From Candidatus Microgenomates bacterium (GTDB taxonomy: Bacteria > Patescibacteriota > Microgenomatia > JACQLA01), in contig JACQLA010000003.1 in the NCBI GenBank assembly GCA_016204255.1, positions 106,255-170,254 on the forward strand: a stretch of 64,000 nucleotides of DNA, read 5' to 3'. Under the pieces are notes generated by a model, which saw only the letters and a list, made by a program, of their open reading frames with translations, was not told where the DNA came from and ran no database searches. Shown here in pieces: positions 16,531 through 26,314 of this stretch. The first letter of the stretch is position 1, and the number at the start of each line of letters is the position of its first letter. A program made the translations under genes and the position numbers.

Positions 16531-17208
16531 CTAATTTTCGGTGATTTCAACGGACTGAAGAGTAATTGGTTGCGTGGGCTTAGACATTTCGCCCATGGAG
16601 CTGGCTTCAACTGGCGATTCAGCAATTTTATCTAATATTTCCAGTCCTTCAATAACTTGTCCGAAAATAACGTAGTTTTTCGGCAAATCATAATCTTTGT
16701 GCATGATAAAAAACTGGCTGCCGTTGGTGTTGGGGCCGGCATTGGCCATCGCCACGGTTCCGCGTGTATATTCACCCTCAAACGGCTCATCATTAAATTT
16801 ATATCCCGGCCCTCCTGTACCATCACCCTTTGAATCGCCGCCTTGAATCATGAATCCCTTAATAATTCTATGAAAAACGGTGTTGTTATAAAAATCTTTG
16901 CGGGCTAAAGAAACAAAGTTGTTAACGGTAATCGGCGTCTTATCGGCATTCAATGAGATTGTAATTATACCCTTTGACGTTGTCAAAATTGCGGTATATT
17001 TTTTGTTTTTGTCAATTTCCATATTCGGAGATTCTAACATACTTTCGGTTGGAGCGGAAGTTAAAGCCGGTGCGATCTCGGCCTGGGTAGGGGAAAGAGT
17101 TTGAGAAATCGCTTCCGGAGAGGTTTCGCTTTTACTTTTCAAAAGGAAAAAGCCAGAAGCGGCGGTAACTAAAATAATGGCCGCCACAGCCAAAACCATT
17201 TTATTCAT
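16531..17208 (-). CDS. Cyclophilin-type peptidyl-prolyl cis-trans isomerase, membrane-anchored or secreted
   Basis: 225 aa. N-terminal TM, then FHRIIKGFMIQGGD...GTVAMANAGPNTNGSQFFI cyclophilin signature. Confidence 0.9.
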   Translation of the reverse strand: MNKMVLAVAAIILVTAASGFFLLKSKSETSPEAISQTLSPTQAEIAPALTSAPTESMLESPNMEIDKNKKYTAILTTSKGIITISLNADKTPITVNNFVSLARKDFYNNTVFHRIIKGFMIQGGDSKGDGTGGPGYKFNDEPFEGEYTRGTVAMANAGPNTNGSQFFIMHKDYDLPKNYVIFGQVIEGLEILDKIAESPVEASSMGEMSKPTQPITLQSVEITEN

Positions 17209-17263
17209 GATTCAAAAGTATAAACTCTTCACCCGGAATGTGTCAACCGTTTAAAAACTCTCT

Positions 17264-17350
17264 TGTCATTTCGAGGGAGCGCGTAGCGACTGAGAAATCT
17301 AGCGTAGCGCACTATCGTGCTAGATTTCTCGCCTTCGTCTCGAAATGACA
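17264..17350. repeat. Inverted-repeat element (TGTCATTTCGAG...CTCGAAATGACA)
   Basis: 87-bp hairpin with inner GAGAAATCTAGC/GCTAGATTTCTC arms. Overlaps the 3' end of ORF 17312-17563. Confidence 0.75.
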
Positions 17351-17563
17351 AGAAGTGTTGAACGGTATTTCTTTCAATTCGTACCAATCTTGCGGGTCGC
17401 CATCATTATTAAAAATATGTATACTTTGCGCTTCAAAATTTAAACCTTTGTATTTTTCTCCAATTTCTTTAATTAGTTTTTCTTTCTCCTCAATAGCAAC
17501 AGATGATCTATACATTAAGCTAAGATGAGGCATATATGGCGGCTCAGCCCGCCTCAAATCCAA
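17312..17563 (-). pseudogene. C-terminal remnant of a 2H phosphoesterase (LigT-like)
   Basis: 83-aa ORF carrying only one H-x-S/T-x motif (PHLSLMY) of the two expected. Its start overlaps the corA stop and its last 13 codons are supplied by the inverted-repeat element. Confidence 0.35.
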
Positions 17564-18645
17564 TCTTTCATCCTAAAGTAAAGATACATTATTATTGTCG
17601 GTATGGCCGCTACTATAAGAACAACCATAAATGCTGTGTAATTCCCGAAAAATAACCAGGGAGATCCTTCTTCTATCCCGCCGGGGAGCCGGATATTCAT
17701 CCCGTAAAATGTACCCACAACTGTGGCGGGGATTGTAAAGGTAAAGATTATGGTCAAAACCGCTAAGACTTTATTTGTTTTTTCCGAACTTATGATAAAA
17801 TCAGCGTCTTTATAAATCTCTACGGTTTCTCTAGCTTCCTCCAAAGTATCCCAGGTTTTGTTAATCTGGTCCGCTATATTTTCAAAGTAAACCGACAAAT
17901 TCACTTCGCTAAACTTATTTATCCTGGTGGACATCTCATCCAGCAAAATTCTTAGAGGACCGATTGCCCTCCTGGAACGCAGTATTTTGTGCCGCAATTG
18001 TCCTATTTTATAAGCACCTGATACTTTATCGTCAAAAACAATATCTTCCGTTTCATCAACTTCTTTTGAAACCGCTTGCAAAAGATTTGGCAGCTCATCG
18101 GTTAAACGGTTAATAATTGTGTAGAATAGGTGAGCAGAGGAGCTATCAATATAAGCCTCGCGCTGTTGGGGGTTTTCTTGGCAATCTTTAAATATATTAG
18201 AAATGATACCTGAGTTTTCATGGATACTAACAAGATAGCTTTTTCCTAAAAAGAAACAAATTTGACTTATAGAAATACCTTTTTCGCGACTATACTGAGG
18301 AAAGCGAAGTAGCAAAAAAATGTACCCGTCTTCATCATTTTGTTCAATTTTTGGAAATTGTCCCCCAGAAATACAATCTTCAAGATGCAAAGGGTGAAAC
18401 GGGTATTTTTGGGCAAGCTGGGAAATATCCCGCCGGGTAGGATTTTTTACATCTACCCATATAATTTTGTCGTACTGAATAGTTTGTAGTCCCTCACCCC
18501 GGGGATTAGATTCTAAATCTTTTTCCCCCAGTTCTCCGACACTTAAGAAATTTAGGTAATATTTCAGTGCGCCGGCAAGTTTTCTTTGCGGCTTACCAAG
18601 CATAATTTGTATCTCTTTTAATGTCTCTTTAAGTGTTTTTGCCAT
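17554..18645 (-). CDS. corA: CorA-family magnesium/cobalt transporter
   Basis: YGMNIRLPG (GMN motif) between two C-terminal TM helices. Track ORF starts at 18783 but ATG 18645 (MAKTLKETL) is more plausible. Confidence 0.9.
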   Translation of the reverse strand: MAKTLKETLKEIQIMLGKPQRKLAGALKYYLNFLSVGELGEKDLESNPRGEGLQTIQYDKIIWVDVKNPTRRDISQLAQKYPFHPLHLEDCISGGQFPKIEQNDEDGYIFLLLRFPQYSREKGISISQICFFLGKSYLVSIHENSGIISNIFKDCQENPQQREAYIDSSSAHLFYTIINRLTDELPNLLQAVSKEVDETEDIVFDDKVSGAYKIGQLRHKILRSRRAIGPLRILLDEMSTRINKFSEVNLSVYFENIADQINKTWDTLEEARETVEIYKDADFIISSEKTNKVLAVLTIIFTFTIPATVVGTFYGMNIRLPGGIEEGSPWLFFGNYTAFMVVLIVAAIPTIIMYLYFRMKDWI

Positions 18646-18894
18646 ATATTTTTCTTTGAAAGTAGATAATTTGGCTTTTTTAAATAAGCCACCGAAGGCT
18701 GAAAGCCTATGGCGTGGCGAAGTCGAAGCAAATTGAGCGTAGGAATGAATGCTTATTTTCTTTTCTTCTACGCTCGCTGGCATTAAGTTTAGTCCCCTGC
18801 TAAAGCCTTTGTCAATACTCGACTCTAAATTTAGGCAATCATTCTTTAGGCTGCTATAATGTCACCCCAAACCTGAGCTTGTTGAATAACTTCC

Positions 18895-19003
18895 GTCATT
18901 TCGAACGAAGTGAGAAATCTAGGCACGAAGTGCTGTTCAAAACGCTTCGCTGGATCTCTCGCGGGAGTTTACACTGAGTGAAACGAATGTGCTCGAGATG
19001 ACA
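18895..19003. repeat. Inverted-repeat element (GTCATTTCGAACGAAGTGAGAAATCTAGGCACGAAGTGC...GAGATGAC)
   Basis: 109 bp. The left arm is nearly identical to the copy at 38043. Confidence 0.7.
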
Positions 19004-19080
19004 AATAGTAAAATGTTTTTCAACAGTCTGCATCTACCCCTTGACAACTTATGACCTATTTTGTTTTACTTAAATAGCTA

Positions 19081-20064
19081 ATGAAAAAGAAATCTGCCCG
19101 AAATCATTCGCCAGTTAAAAAATCCGCGAGGAGAAATAACGCTCCTTATCTTTCTACTTTCTACATCCGCTATACAATCGTAGCGGGAATTGCCCTATTA
19201 TTTCTTTTCACCGGCCTCACATACAGTCGAATGCAAGAAAGCAAGGTCTTGGGAACTAAAGCTTATCTTGTTGATCGCGGCGAAGGCGAAGATGATTCCC
19301 GTGACAGCAATAAAAGTGGATCGGTGACTAGAAAAGAAAGTTCAAGCAGTGACTCCCGTAGCGCTCGGTCCGTAGAAAACGATGAGGATGATGAAAGAGG
19401 GGGACATCGAGGAAGAAATGATGGAAAAATTGAGGTAAAAACCTCAGATAATCATGCTAAACTCGAACTCAGGACCGCTAATACTAAGATTGAGATGGAG
19501 AATAAAAACGGCCAACTGAAACTAAAAGTAAAGCAGGAAGATGAGGACGAGATAGAAATTGAGGACGATTCACTGGAAGAAATAAATGACGAGTTGGAAG
19601 ATGATGATATTCATATTGGCACAACTTCAGCCGGATTTACTGTCAGAAGAGGAAGAATTGAGGCGGAAACTCATTTTCCACTTTCGATTAATCTTGCCAC
19701 AAATGCTTTAACTGTTACAACTCCTGCCGGAACGAAGGTAGTTACAATATTACCCGACCAGGCAGTCCAAAACCTCATTAGTAACAATATTATGAATCGT
19801 ATTCGAATCGAAAATCCCGCAACTCCCAGCGCAGGCGCCACTCCCTCCGCAAGCGCTACTTCATCGGCAGGAATTAAAAAAATTAAACTAATTCAAACCG
19901 GCAATAAACTTGTCTTTGAAGTAAAAGGAGTTAGCGATAAGAAGTTTTTGGGAATCCTGCCTGTTGAAATCAATAGAACCGCGCTGGTCCAGGCTCAAAC
20001 CGGCCAGGTGGAAAGCGTTAGCGAAGATCTGTTTAACCGATTCCTCGATTTGATCTCTTTCTAA
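19081..20064 (+). CDS. Membrane-anchored acidic hypothetical protein
   Basis: 327 aa. Basic N-terminus, one TM, very acidic low-complexity middle (EDEDEIEIEDDSLEEINDELEDDD). No family recognised. Confidence 0.55.
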   Translation: MKKKSARNHSPVKKSARRNNAPYLSTFYIRYTIVAGIALLFLFTGLTYSRMQESKVLGTKAYLVDRGEGEDDSRDSNKSGSVTRKESSSSDSRSARSVENDEDDERGGHRGRNDGKIEVKTSDNHAKLELRTANTKIEMENKNGQLKLKVKQEDEDEIEIEDDSLEEINDELEDDDIHIGTTSAGFTVRRGRIEAETHFPLSINLATNALTVTTPAGTKVVTILPDQAVQNLISNNIMNRIRIENPATPSAGATPSASATSSAGIKKIKLIQTGNKLVFEVKGVSDKKFLGILPVEINRTALVQAQTGQVESVSEDLFNRFLDLISF

Positions 20065-20071
20065 TCAGAAT

Positions 20072-21361
20072 TTATTCTATTTTTCCACTTACTTGGTAAA
20101 CCGTATTGTCTTTCTTACTCATAAATATTAAATGCATTTCCGCATTATTGGCGATAAAAACATCGAAAATAAGAACGCCATCGGTTAAATCGGGATAAAC
20201 TACCTGACTCTTGGACCAACTTTTTCCCGAGTCTTTGGAGTAGGAAAAATAGATCGGCTTTTTGCCTTCTTCGCGATAATCATTCCAGGCAGCCAGTAAG
20301 TATTTTCCGTTTTTACTAACCGATGATTTTAAGTTCATTCCGTGCAAAAAGATATCTTCCGGCATTCTTTGCTTTTCTTGAGTCCCGGATTCATAGAATA
20401 CTAACTCATCTTCATAGGATAAAACCCGGTCGTTAATTCTAATAGGTGCAGAAAATCCTCTACCATCTTTTTTAAAACGGGAGAAATAAATATCATCCCG
20501 ATGAATATATTCGGTTGAAGGGAAAAAATTAACCGGATTTGCAAATGTTAAAGATTTTGGTTTGAAAAAACTATCATGCCATATAACATAAACGTTGCCT
20601 TCTTCGTCGGCAAAAATCCTGTTTTCAAAGGGCAGGGAACGTCCGAACCCTTCACCCGGATTGCCGCTGAGATTTTCCGTCAGGATTTGCCAGGTTTCCT
20701 TATTTTTATCCTTCCTTAAAACAGTCAACCTTTCGTCAGTGTATGACGCCCGGTAACCCAGCTTCCCAAGCACGCCGGTTATTTCTTTGGTGGTATCGAT
20801 CAAGGAAGTATATAGAGTGCTTTCATCATCAACCGTAAAGGAAAAATAGCGACCCAAAAATGGATTGGCGAGATTATTAACAATTCCTTTATCAAGCCAG
20901 CCGATCCCATCCTTTGAATAAAGAAGCCGATAGACATAATCATTTGAGTAACCATCTTTTAACAAAACCCAGAGGCCATCTTTATTTTGCTCAAGATCGA
21001 TACCTCTAATAGTCTCTGCTATCCCAACTGCGGCAAAACCGGACTGGTAGATTTGTTTCTCCTTTGGATTTTTTGATGAACGATAAATAATCGCTGAGGG
21101 TTCTGTTTGGCTCCCGATTGTCGCATATGCGAGGTTAAAACCTCCATCGGAAGAAATTACAAAATCCTGCCCTTTTTGATTAGTATCTTTCCAGCTAATA
21201 CCACCGTCCCCGCTGGTAAAAACTTTTCCATCCGAAGATCTTAATATTAAAAATTTCCCACTCGGATCTCCCTTTAAGTTTATATCCCCGAGTTGATTTG
21301 TGGATGCAATCGAGGTTATTTTTAACGGAATGTTTGATGAAAAAAATTCCACCCGACTCAA
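20072..21361 (-). CDS. BNR/Asp-box repeat protein (sialidase-like beta-propeller)
   Basis: 429 aa. Asp-box motifs SGDGGISWK, YSKDGIGW, SKDSGKSWS. TTG start in the track; the true start is uncertain. Confidence 0.65.
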   Translation of the reverse strand: MSRVEFFSSNIPLKITSIASTNQLGDINLKGDPSGKFLILRSSDGKVFTSGDGGISWKDTNQKGQDFVISSDGGFNLAYATIGSQTEPSAIIYRSSKNPKEKQIYQSGFAAVGIAETIRGIDLEQNKDGLWVLLKDGYSNDYVYRLLYSKDGIGWLDKGIVNNLANPFLGRYFSFTVDDESTLYTSLIDTTKEITGVLGKLGYRASYTDERLTVLRKDKNKETWQILTENLSGNPGEGFGRSLPFENRIFADEEGNVYVIWHDSFFKPKSLTFANPVNFFPSTEYIHRDDIYFSRFKKDGRGFSAPIRINDRVLSYEDELVFYESGTQEKQRMPEDIFLHGMNLKSSVSKNGKYLLAAWNDYREEGKKPIYFSYSKDSGKSWSKSQVVYPDLTDGVLIFDVFIANNAEMHLIFMSKKDNTVYQVSGKIE

Positions 21362-21513
21362 AGGTAAATACCAGGTAATAAAGTGCCAGACAAAAGTAAC
21401 GGTTAAACTTAGAATGAAGGTAATTCAAAATATTTTGGAAGAAAAAAGCCGGTCAAGAAGAGTAAATAAAAAGTGCAACAGGTCAAAAATTATCATGGCT
21501 TTTTTAATTTATT

Positions 21514-22077
21514 TTAACCCAAAAGATGAGAAATAAGTATTTTAAAACCAATCACTATTAAAATTATGCCGCCCAAAATGCTTATCCGGCCTCCAAAAAG
21601 TGTACCAATTCTCTTCCCTAAAAGAAAGCCAATTAAGCAGATTATGTAGGTTACAACACCAATAACAAGGACCGAAATCAAAAGTGGCACTTTTATAAGT
21701 CCTAATGTGATACCGATAATTAAGGCATCAATACTTGTCGCAATCGAGAGTATCAAAAGGTTTTTATTATTCAACAGATTGATTTTCTTTTTATCTTTTG
21801 CATCTTTAAATGATTCGTAGATCATTTTTAGCCCGATAAAACTTAAAAGCCCAAACGCCGTCCAATGATCGAGGGTTGAGACAATGTTTTTCATGGCCAC
21901 CCCAATATACCAGCCGAAAAGGGGCATAACTGCCTGAAATGAACCAAAAAAGAAGGCCACTTTTATCGCGCTTTTCAGGTGGGGATTTTTGTCCTTCATC
22001 CCGCCGGCAATACTCACACTAAATGAGTCCATCGCTAATCCTATGGCAATAAACAAAATCGGAATAAAAACCATCAT
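21514..22077 (-). CDS. mntP: Manganese efflux pump MntP (DUF204)
   Basis: 187 aa, 6 TM. N-terminal IAIGLAMDSFSVSIAGG and a repeated second half, typical of MntP. Confidence 0.8.
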   Translation of the reverse strand: MMVFIPILFIAIGLAMDSFSVSIAGGMKDKNPHLKSAIKVAFFFGSFQAVMPLFGWYIGVAMKNIVSTLDHWTAFGLLSFIGLKMIYESFKDAKDKKKINLLNNKNLLILSIATSIDALIIGITLGLIKVPLLISVLVIGVVTYIICLIGFLLGKRIGTLFGGRISILGGIILIVIGFKILISHLLG

Positions 22078-22145
22078 ATCTTTATTTTACAGTAGCTAAA
22101 TAATTACACAAGACTAGGTGTAAATATAGTAGTATAATTGTAGGC

Positions 22146-23081
22146 ATGGAAATTTTGTTTATATTTCTGACTCTTTTTGGGCTTTCCCTTTTTGAAATAA
22201 TCACCAGCATTGATAACGCGATTATCAATGCTGAAACCCTCTCAACAATGGGCCAAAAGGCTCGCAGATGGTTTTTAACCTGGGGAATTGTTATCGCCGT
22301 ATTTTTGGTTCGCGGTTTACTTCCTTTACTTATTGTTTTTGCCGCAAATCCGAGTATTGGAATTTTAGGATCGCTCACTGCCACATTTTCGAATGATCCA
22401 AAAGTGCTTATGGCGATAGAAAAATCCGCGCCCATACTTTCAATCGGCGGCGGAACTTTTTTAATTTTCTTATTTTTCCATTGGCTTTTTCTTGAGCCGA
22501 AAAGCTTTGGAATCAAGGGGGAAAAATTTTTCCAAACTCAAGGAGCCTGGTTTTTCGCAAGCGTTTCAGTGTTCCTAATGATAATCGTCTGGTTTGCGCT
22601 TCAACGGGAAGAAATGATGGCATTTGGTGCTGTTGTGGGCTCAACCGCTTTTTTTATCATTCACGGATTTCGACAGTTTGCCGAGCAGGAAGAAAAAAAA
22701 TTATTACAACATGGTATGTCAGATATCAGCAAAGTGCTTTATCTTGAAGTTTTAGATGCTACTTTTTCAATTGATGGAGTAATTGGAGCTTTTGCTTTTA
22801 CCTTTTCAGTCTTACTTATTTTATTAGGAAATGGTTTGGGAGCAATTGTTTTACGACAATTAACGATTAGTAATATTGAGCGAATTAAAAAATATCGCTT
22901 TCTTAAAAATGGGGCTATGTATTCGATTCTGGTGTTGGGAATAATCATGCTTCTGGACAGTTTCGGATTCCATATTCCGCCATGGGTTTCACCAATCGCC
23001 ACTTTTGCCACGGTGGGTTATTTCTTTTATAAATCACGGATTAATTTAAAAAACCTCGAACTGGCGCTTAAGCCGAACTAG
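22146..23081 (+). CDS. TerC/DUF475-family integral membrane protein
   Basis: 311 aa, polytopic. EIITSIDNAIINAE and SIDGVIGAFAFT motifs resemble the duplicated DN/D motifs of the TerC superfamily. Confidence 0.65.
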   Translation: MEILFIFLTLFGLSLFEIITSIDNAIINAETLSTMGQKARRWFLTWGIVIAVFLVRGLLPLLIVFAANPSIGILGSLTATFSNDPKVLMAIEKSAPILSIGGGTFLIFLFFHWLFLEPKSFGIKGEKFFQTQGAWFFASVSVFLMIIVWFALQREEMMAFGAVVGSTAFFIIHGFRQFAEQEEKKLLQHGMSDISKVLYLEVLDATFSIDGVIGAFAFTFSVLLILLGNGLGAIVLRQLTISNIERIKKYRFLKNGAMYSILVLGIIMLLDSFGFHIPPWVSPIATFATVGYFFYKSRINLKNLELALKPN

Positions 23082-26000
23082 TTACTCGGCGGGGGGGGTT
23101 TTGAACTCCCGGTGGGCATCGTGGACATAGTTTTTGTTCTGACTCATCACTTCAAATTGATACCGGGTGCCAGGTTTTAAATCGTTTAACGTAAACTCAT
23201 GATCTGTGACTCGCTTTTCTGATTGCAGTGTAAAAGGATATGTTTCATCCAGTCCATAATTTACTTTTGAGTTAGCCGGATGATTTGTCTTCCAGGAAAT
23301 TTTAGCTGAAGTAGGGGAGAGAACAATGACGGATACATCGGAAATAGTGGTAGGCTCTTTAATAAATAAGTAGCCAAACTGAACAATCTTATAACCCGCT
23401 GATTCCGAGATGCCTCCGGTTTTTTCTCCAATTTTAAAAGACAAAGAGGCAATGCCATTGCTGAAAAATACGGCGGTTTGACCAGTTTTATCTACAACAA
23501 AGGTGATGATCTGCTCAAATATCGATGGTCCCTGTGCTTCGGATGATGGCGTAAGATCTTCTTCTTCATTCACTTGTTGCTTCTTGTCTCCAGTCGGTAT
23601 AGGTGTTATTTTAATTTCTTCCTCAACAGCAGTTTTTTCTTCCATCGGCGTCGTAATTACTTTTGAAGGTTCTCCCGATGCGACCACTGAGAGATTAAAA
23701 GAGGTTGGATTACCAGTATTGTTTGCCTTATCAATTCCTTTCATTGTTATTTTGTAATTTCCCACCGGCAAATTTTTATTTGGGATAAAATAAAAAATGG
23801 AGTATTTATCGCTGGTATTTGCGGTGTTATCAGTTATTCTCGACCCATCACCGGTAAAGTAAGAATCAGTCAAAGTAATGGCGGATAAGCTATATAAATC
23901 GTATGATCCCTGATTGTTTTTTGTTTCAAGTGTCACCTCCACGCTTTTGGGACCGGAGGCCGCCTTATTCTCTGTTTTATCACCTACTAAGGGGTCTGTG
24001 ATTTTCCCGAAAATAGTCGGTGTTTGATTATTTGTAGGAAAATTATTTTCGGGTATGCCTGAAAATTTTGTGTCACCAATTTGTATAAATTTGATCCGTG
24101 GACCGGTTCGGTCGACGAATAACGTCCGTGTGTTCGATTTACTATTTGAGGCATTATCTTCAACCGTTATCGTCCATGTTCTTTTTCCCTCTTTGAGTTT
24201 TCCGTCATTATTATCCAAACCCCATCCGCCAGCTGGCGGAGGTGAGGATTTGGTGTGTAGCCAGAGATGGTCATTTGTGCTACTTGAATCCGAAAAGTTT
24301 TCGTACTGGACTAGGTACTTATTTGTCCCGTAATCAGTGGTTCGGTTAGGGGGTATATCGTCAATTATAAAATCGCCGCTATCGCCGTTGTCGACGCTAA
24401 GGATATATTTTGACAGCCCAGAAACAGTATCGGTTGTTCCAGTCCATCTAAATAGTGGCCGGTCGTTGTTTGTATATTCATAATCTCCGGGGCTATCCAT
24501 ATCCAAAGAGTCAGGAGTCGTAGCATCATTTTTGGCAAATGTTAAAGAAAATGAGGTAAAAGTAGGGGTACTGACCGGATCCGTAGTCGAAAGGGTTACC
24601 TGATATTGTACATACCGGTGACCGTCAGAAACACAGGCATTTGAGGATGCATCACTTCCGGAGGAAATCGCGGTACATGAGGAGAAGGCGGTGGCCCCGC
24701 TCATCGAGGAACTATTTGAAGTTCTTATCGCCACGGCGACTGAGGTATTGGTTGGAGTCGTCGCTGAATAGGTCAGTGTTCCCCAACTTGAAATCTGACC
24801 AGTATCAAAAATTGAGGAGGTTAAAGTACCTGAGGCCGGATAATACTGTTCCTCTGAGGCCACTGCGTAGAATGTTGAGGGAGAATTTTGATTATTATAT
24901 TCTGTCAAAATCCATCCGGCAGACCGATTGGTAGAGGAAACGCGTACTTCATCAAGCTTCGCATCGGAATCACAACAACCATCGGGTCGCATTCCTATGG
25001 TGGCATTTAGGCCGTTGTCGGAAAACTGTGAAGCAGGAATTGAAGTTGAATTCGAGTTATCCTGGTTTCCGTCAATGTAGGAACGCAAAATAGTGCTTGG
25101 CTCATAAACCCCAACATAATAGACCCACCGACCGGTAGGAAAGACGTCAGCCGTGGCTACACCAAATGAGGTACTACCATCAGAAGCGATGTAAAAGGCA
25201 CCTTTACTGCTACCACTCTCTACATTCAAACTCCAGGACCTATTTGGTATCAAACCCTGTTTGGCGATAAAACGTCCGTTGTCATTGGTATTATTAAGAT
25301 AAACCCAAGCAGAAAGAGTCATTGCTCCGGTTATATTAAACGCTGACCCATTACCCGCATCTATCTTATCCCCCGTGCTTGAGAAATCTATGCTTCCATC
25401 TATCTGACCGGCTGTCTGATCACCTGCTATCAAGTTGGTGGTGGTTCCATGATTATTATTACCGGTTGAGTCGCTCATCTGAGGAGCGCCCCCAGATGGA
25501 TCTTCCGAAAGGTGCCAGACTCCGGCATAGTTACTATCCCAAGTGCCATTTTTGTTTTGCTGATCAGAGACTCCCGAATTACCGTAATACATATAGATAT
25601 CCGTGTCTGAGGAAGAAGAAACAGAGGTTACCTGCACCCAAGCCACTAGCACTCCTGTTCCGCTGGTATATGATTCGCGTTCATGATTCAGCTTAGTAGT
25701 GCCGTCAGATGAGGTGAATAAAATATCATAACCGTCAGAACGGGCGTTTGCTGATAGATCGCTATCGGTAATACTGACAAGTACGGGAAAATTAGTCAGA
25801 TCAGCTCCGACTTTGGTGGAATCAATAGTGATTTTTTTACGGTAACCCCAAGAGGCATTATACCAGCCGCTTGTAGCAGTAAGAGTAACCTGACTCGGTG
25901 TTGAGCTGACAATACTTGATGAGGAGGAAAACTTTGTAGTGTCCGACCATGAGGTCTGACCGCTTCCTCCACTCCAGTCTGTTTGCGACCAGGGAGATGT

Positions 26001-26099
26001 AGCCGCATAGACTGACCTAATCAAAAAAGGGGAAAGTTGCGCGGTTAAGAAAGACGCGACAAGAAAAACACTAAAAATTCTTTTAACCATACCCAACAA
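23082..26099 (-). CDS. Large secreted surface protein: DUF2341 + LamG/concanavalin-like + Ig-like regions + C-terminal FN3-like domain
   Basis: 1005 aa with a signal peptide. WGYRKKITIDSTKV...FPVLV...DGYDILFT (DUF2341). WHLSEDPSG...GNNNHGTT...GSIDFSSTGDKIDAG...LSAWVYLN (LamG_3). C-terminal SAKISWKTNHPANSKVNYG...TRYQFEV (FN3-like). Confidence 0.75.
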   Translation of the reverse strand: MLGMVKRIFSVFLVASFLTAQLSPFLIRSVYAATSPWSQTDWSGGSGQTSWSDTTKFSSSSSIVSSTPSQVTLTATSGWYNASWGYRKKITIDSTKVGADLTNFPVLVSITDSDLSANARSDGYDILFTSSDGTTKLNHERESYTSGTGVLVAWVQVTSVSSSSDTDIYMYYGNSGVSDQQNKNGTWDSNYAGVWHLSEDPSGGAPQMSDSTGNNNHGTTTNLIAGDQTAGQIDGSIDFSSTGDKIDAGNGSAFNITGAMTLSAWVYLNNTNDNGRFIAKQGLIPNRSWSLNVESGSSKGAFYIASDGSTSFGVATADVFPTGRWVYYVGVYEPSTILRSYIDGNQDNSNSTSIPASQFSDNGLNATIGMRPDGCCDSDAKLDEVRVSSTNRSAGWILTEYNNQNSPSTFYAVASEEQYYPASGTLTSSIFDTGQISSWGTLTYSATTPTNTSVAVAIRTSNSSSMSGATAFSSCTAISSGSDASSNACVSDGHRYVQYQVTLSTTDPVSTPTFTSFSLTFAKNDATTPDSLDMDSPGDYEYTNNDRPLFRWTGTTDTVSGLSKYILSVDNGDSGDFIIDDIPPNRTTDYGTNKYLVQYENFSDSSSTNDHLWLHTKSSPPPAGGWGLDNNDGKLKEGKRTWTITVEDNASNSKSNTRTLFVDRTGPRIKFIQIGDTKFSGIPENNFPTNNQTPTIFGKITDPLVGDKTENKAASGPKSVEVTLETKNNQGSYDLYSLSAITLTDSYFTGDGSRITDNTANTSDKYSIFYFIPNKNLPVGNYKITMKGIDKANNTGNPTSFNLSVVASGEPSKVITTPMEEKTAVEEEIKITPIPTGDKKQQVNEEEDLTPSSEAQGPSIFEQIITFVVDKTGQTAVFFSNGIASLSFKIGEKTGGISESAGYKIVQFGYLFIKEPTTISDVSVIVLSPTSAKISWKTNHPANSKVNYGLDETYPFTLQSEKRVTDHEFTLNDLKPGTRYQFEVMSQNKNYVHDAHREFKTPPAE

Positions 26100-26182
26100 A
26101 GAGGGGTAAGTTTTAGTTTATCCCTCTTACCTCTTTGTATCAAATCCCATCTTAAATTGCAAATGTAAAATATAGAGAAAAA

Positions 26183-26303
26183 TGGTATAATTGACGAAGT
26201 CAATTAGTAGCTGAGTGAAGCGAGGCGTTTTAATTTGACGAAGTCAATTAACAGCCCGATACATCGGGTGCCTAATGTATTAGCCGCTTGAGGCGGTTTT
26301 TTT
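26183..26303 (+). promoter_or_regulatory. typA promoter/leader: extended -10, twin palindromes, short hairpin plus T7
   Basis: TGGTATAAT at 26183-26191. TTGACGAAGTCAA at 26191-26203 and again at 26235-26247. Hairpin CCCGAU-ACA-UCGGG. CCGC-UUGAG-GCGG followed by T7 (26284-26303), 12 nt before the typA ATG. Confidence 0.45.
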
Positions 26304-26314
26304 GTATAAATATC

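Noticed and set aside
20072-21428. Upstream extension or alternative start for the BNR-repeat protein, and ORF 21195-21428
   Set aside because: The in-frame upstream sequence hits a stop after 14 codons with no start codon. ORF 21195-21428 is out of frame and overlaps the BNR gene. The TTG start at 21361 is retained with reduced confidence.
23261-26008. Numerous 60-105-aa ORFs embedded in or antisense to the 1005-aa surface-protein gene. Similar embedded ORFs occur in typA, PBP1A, the ABC genes, thrS, pheST and others.
   Set aside because: Each is fully contained in a much longer ORF with recognisable domains. They have low-complexity or Arg-rich translations typical of off-frame reading.
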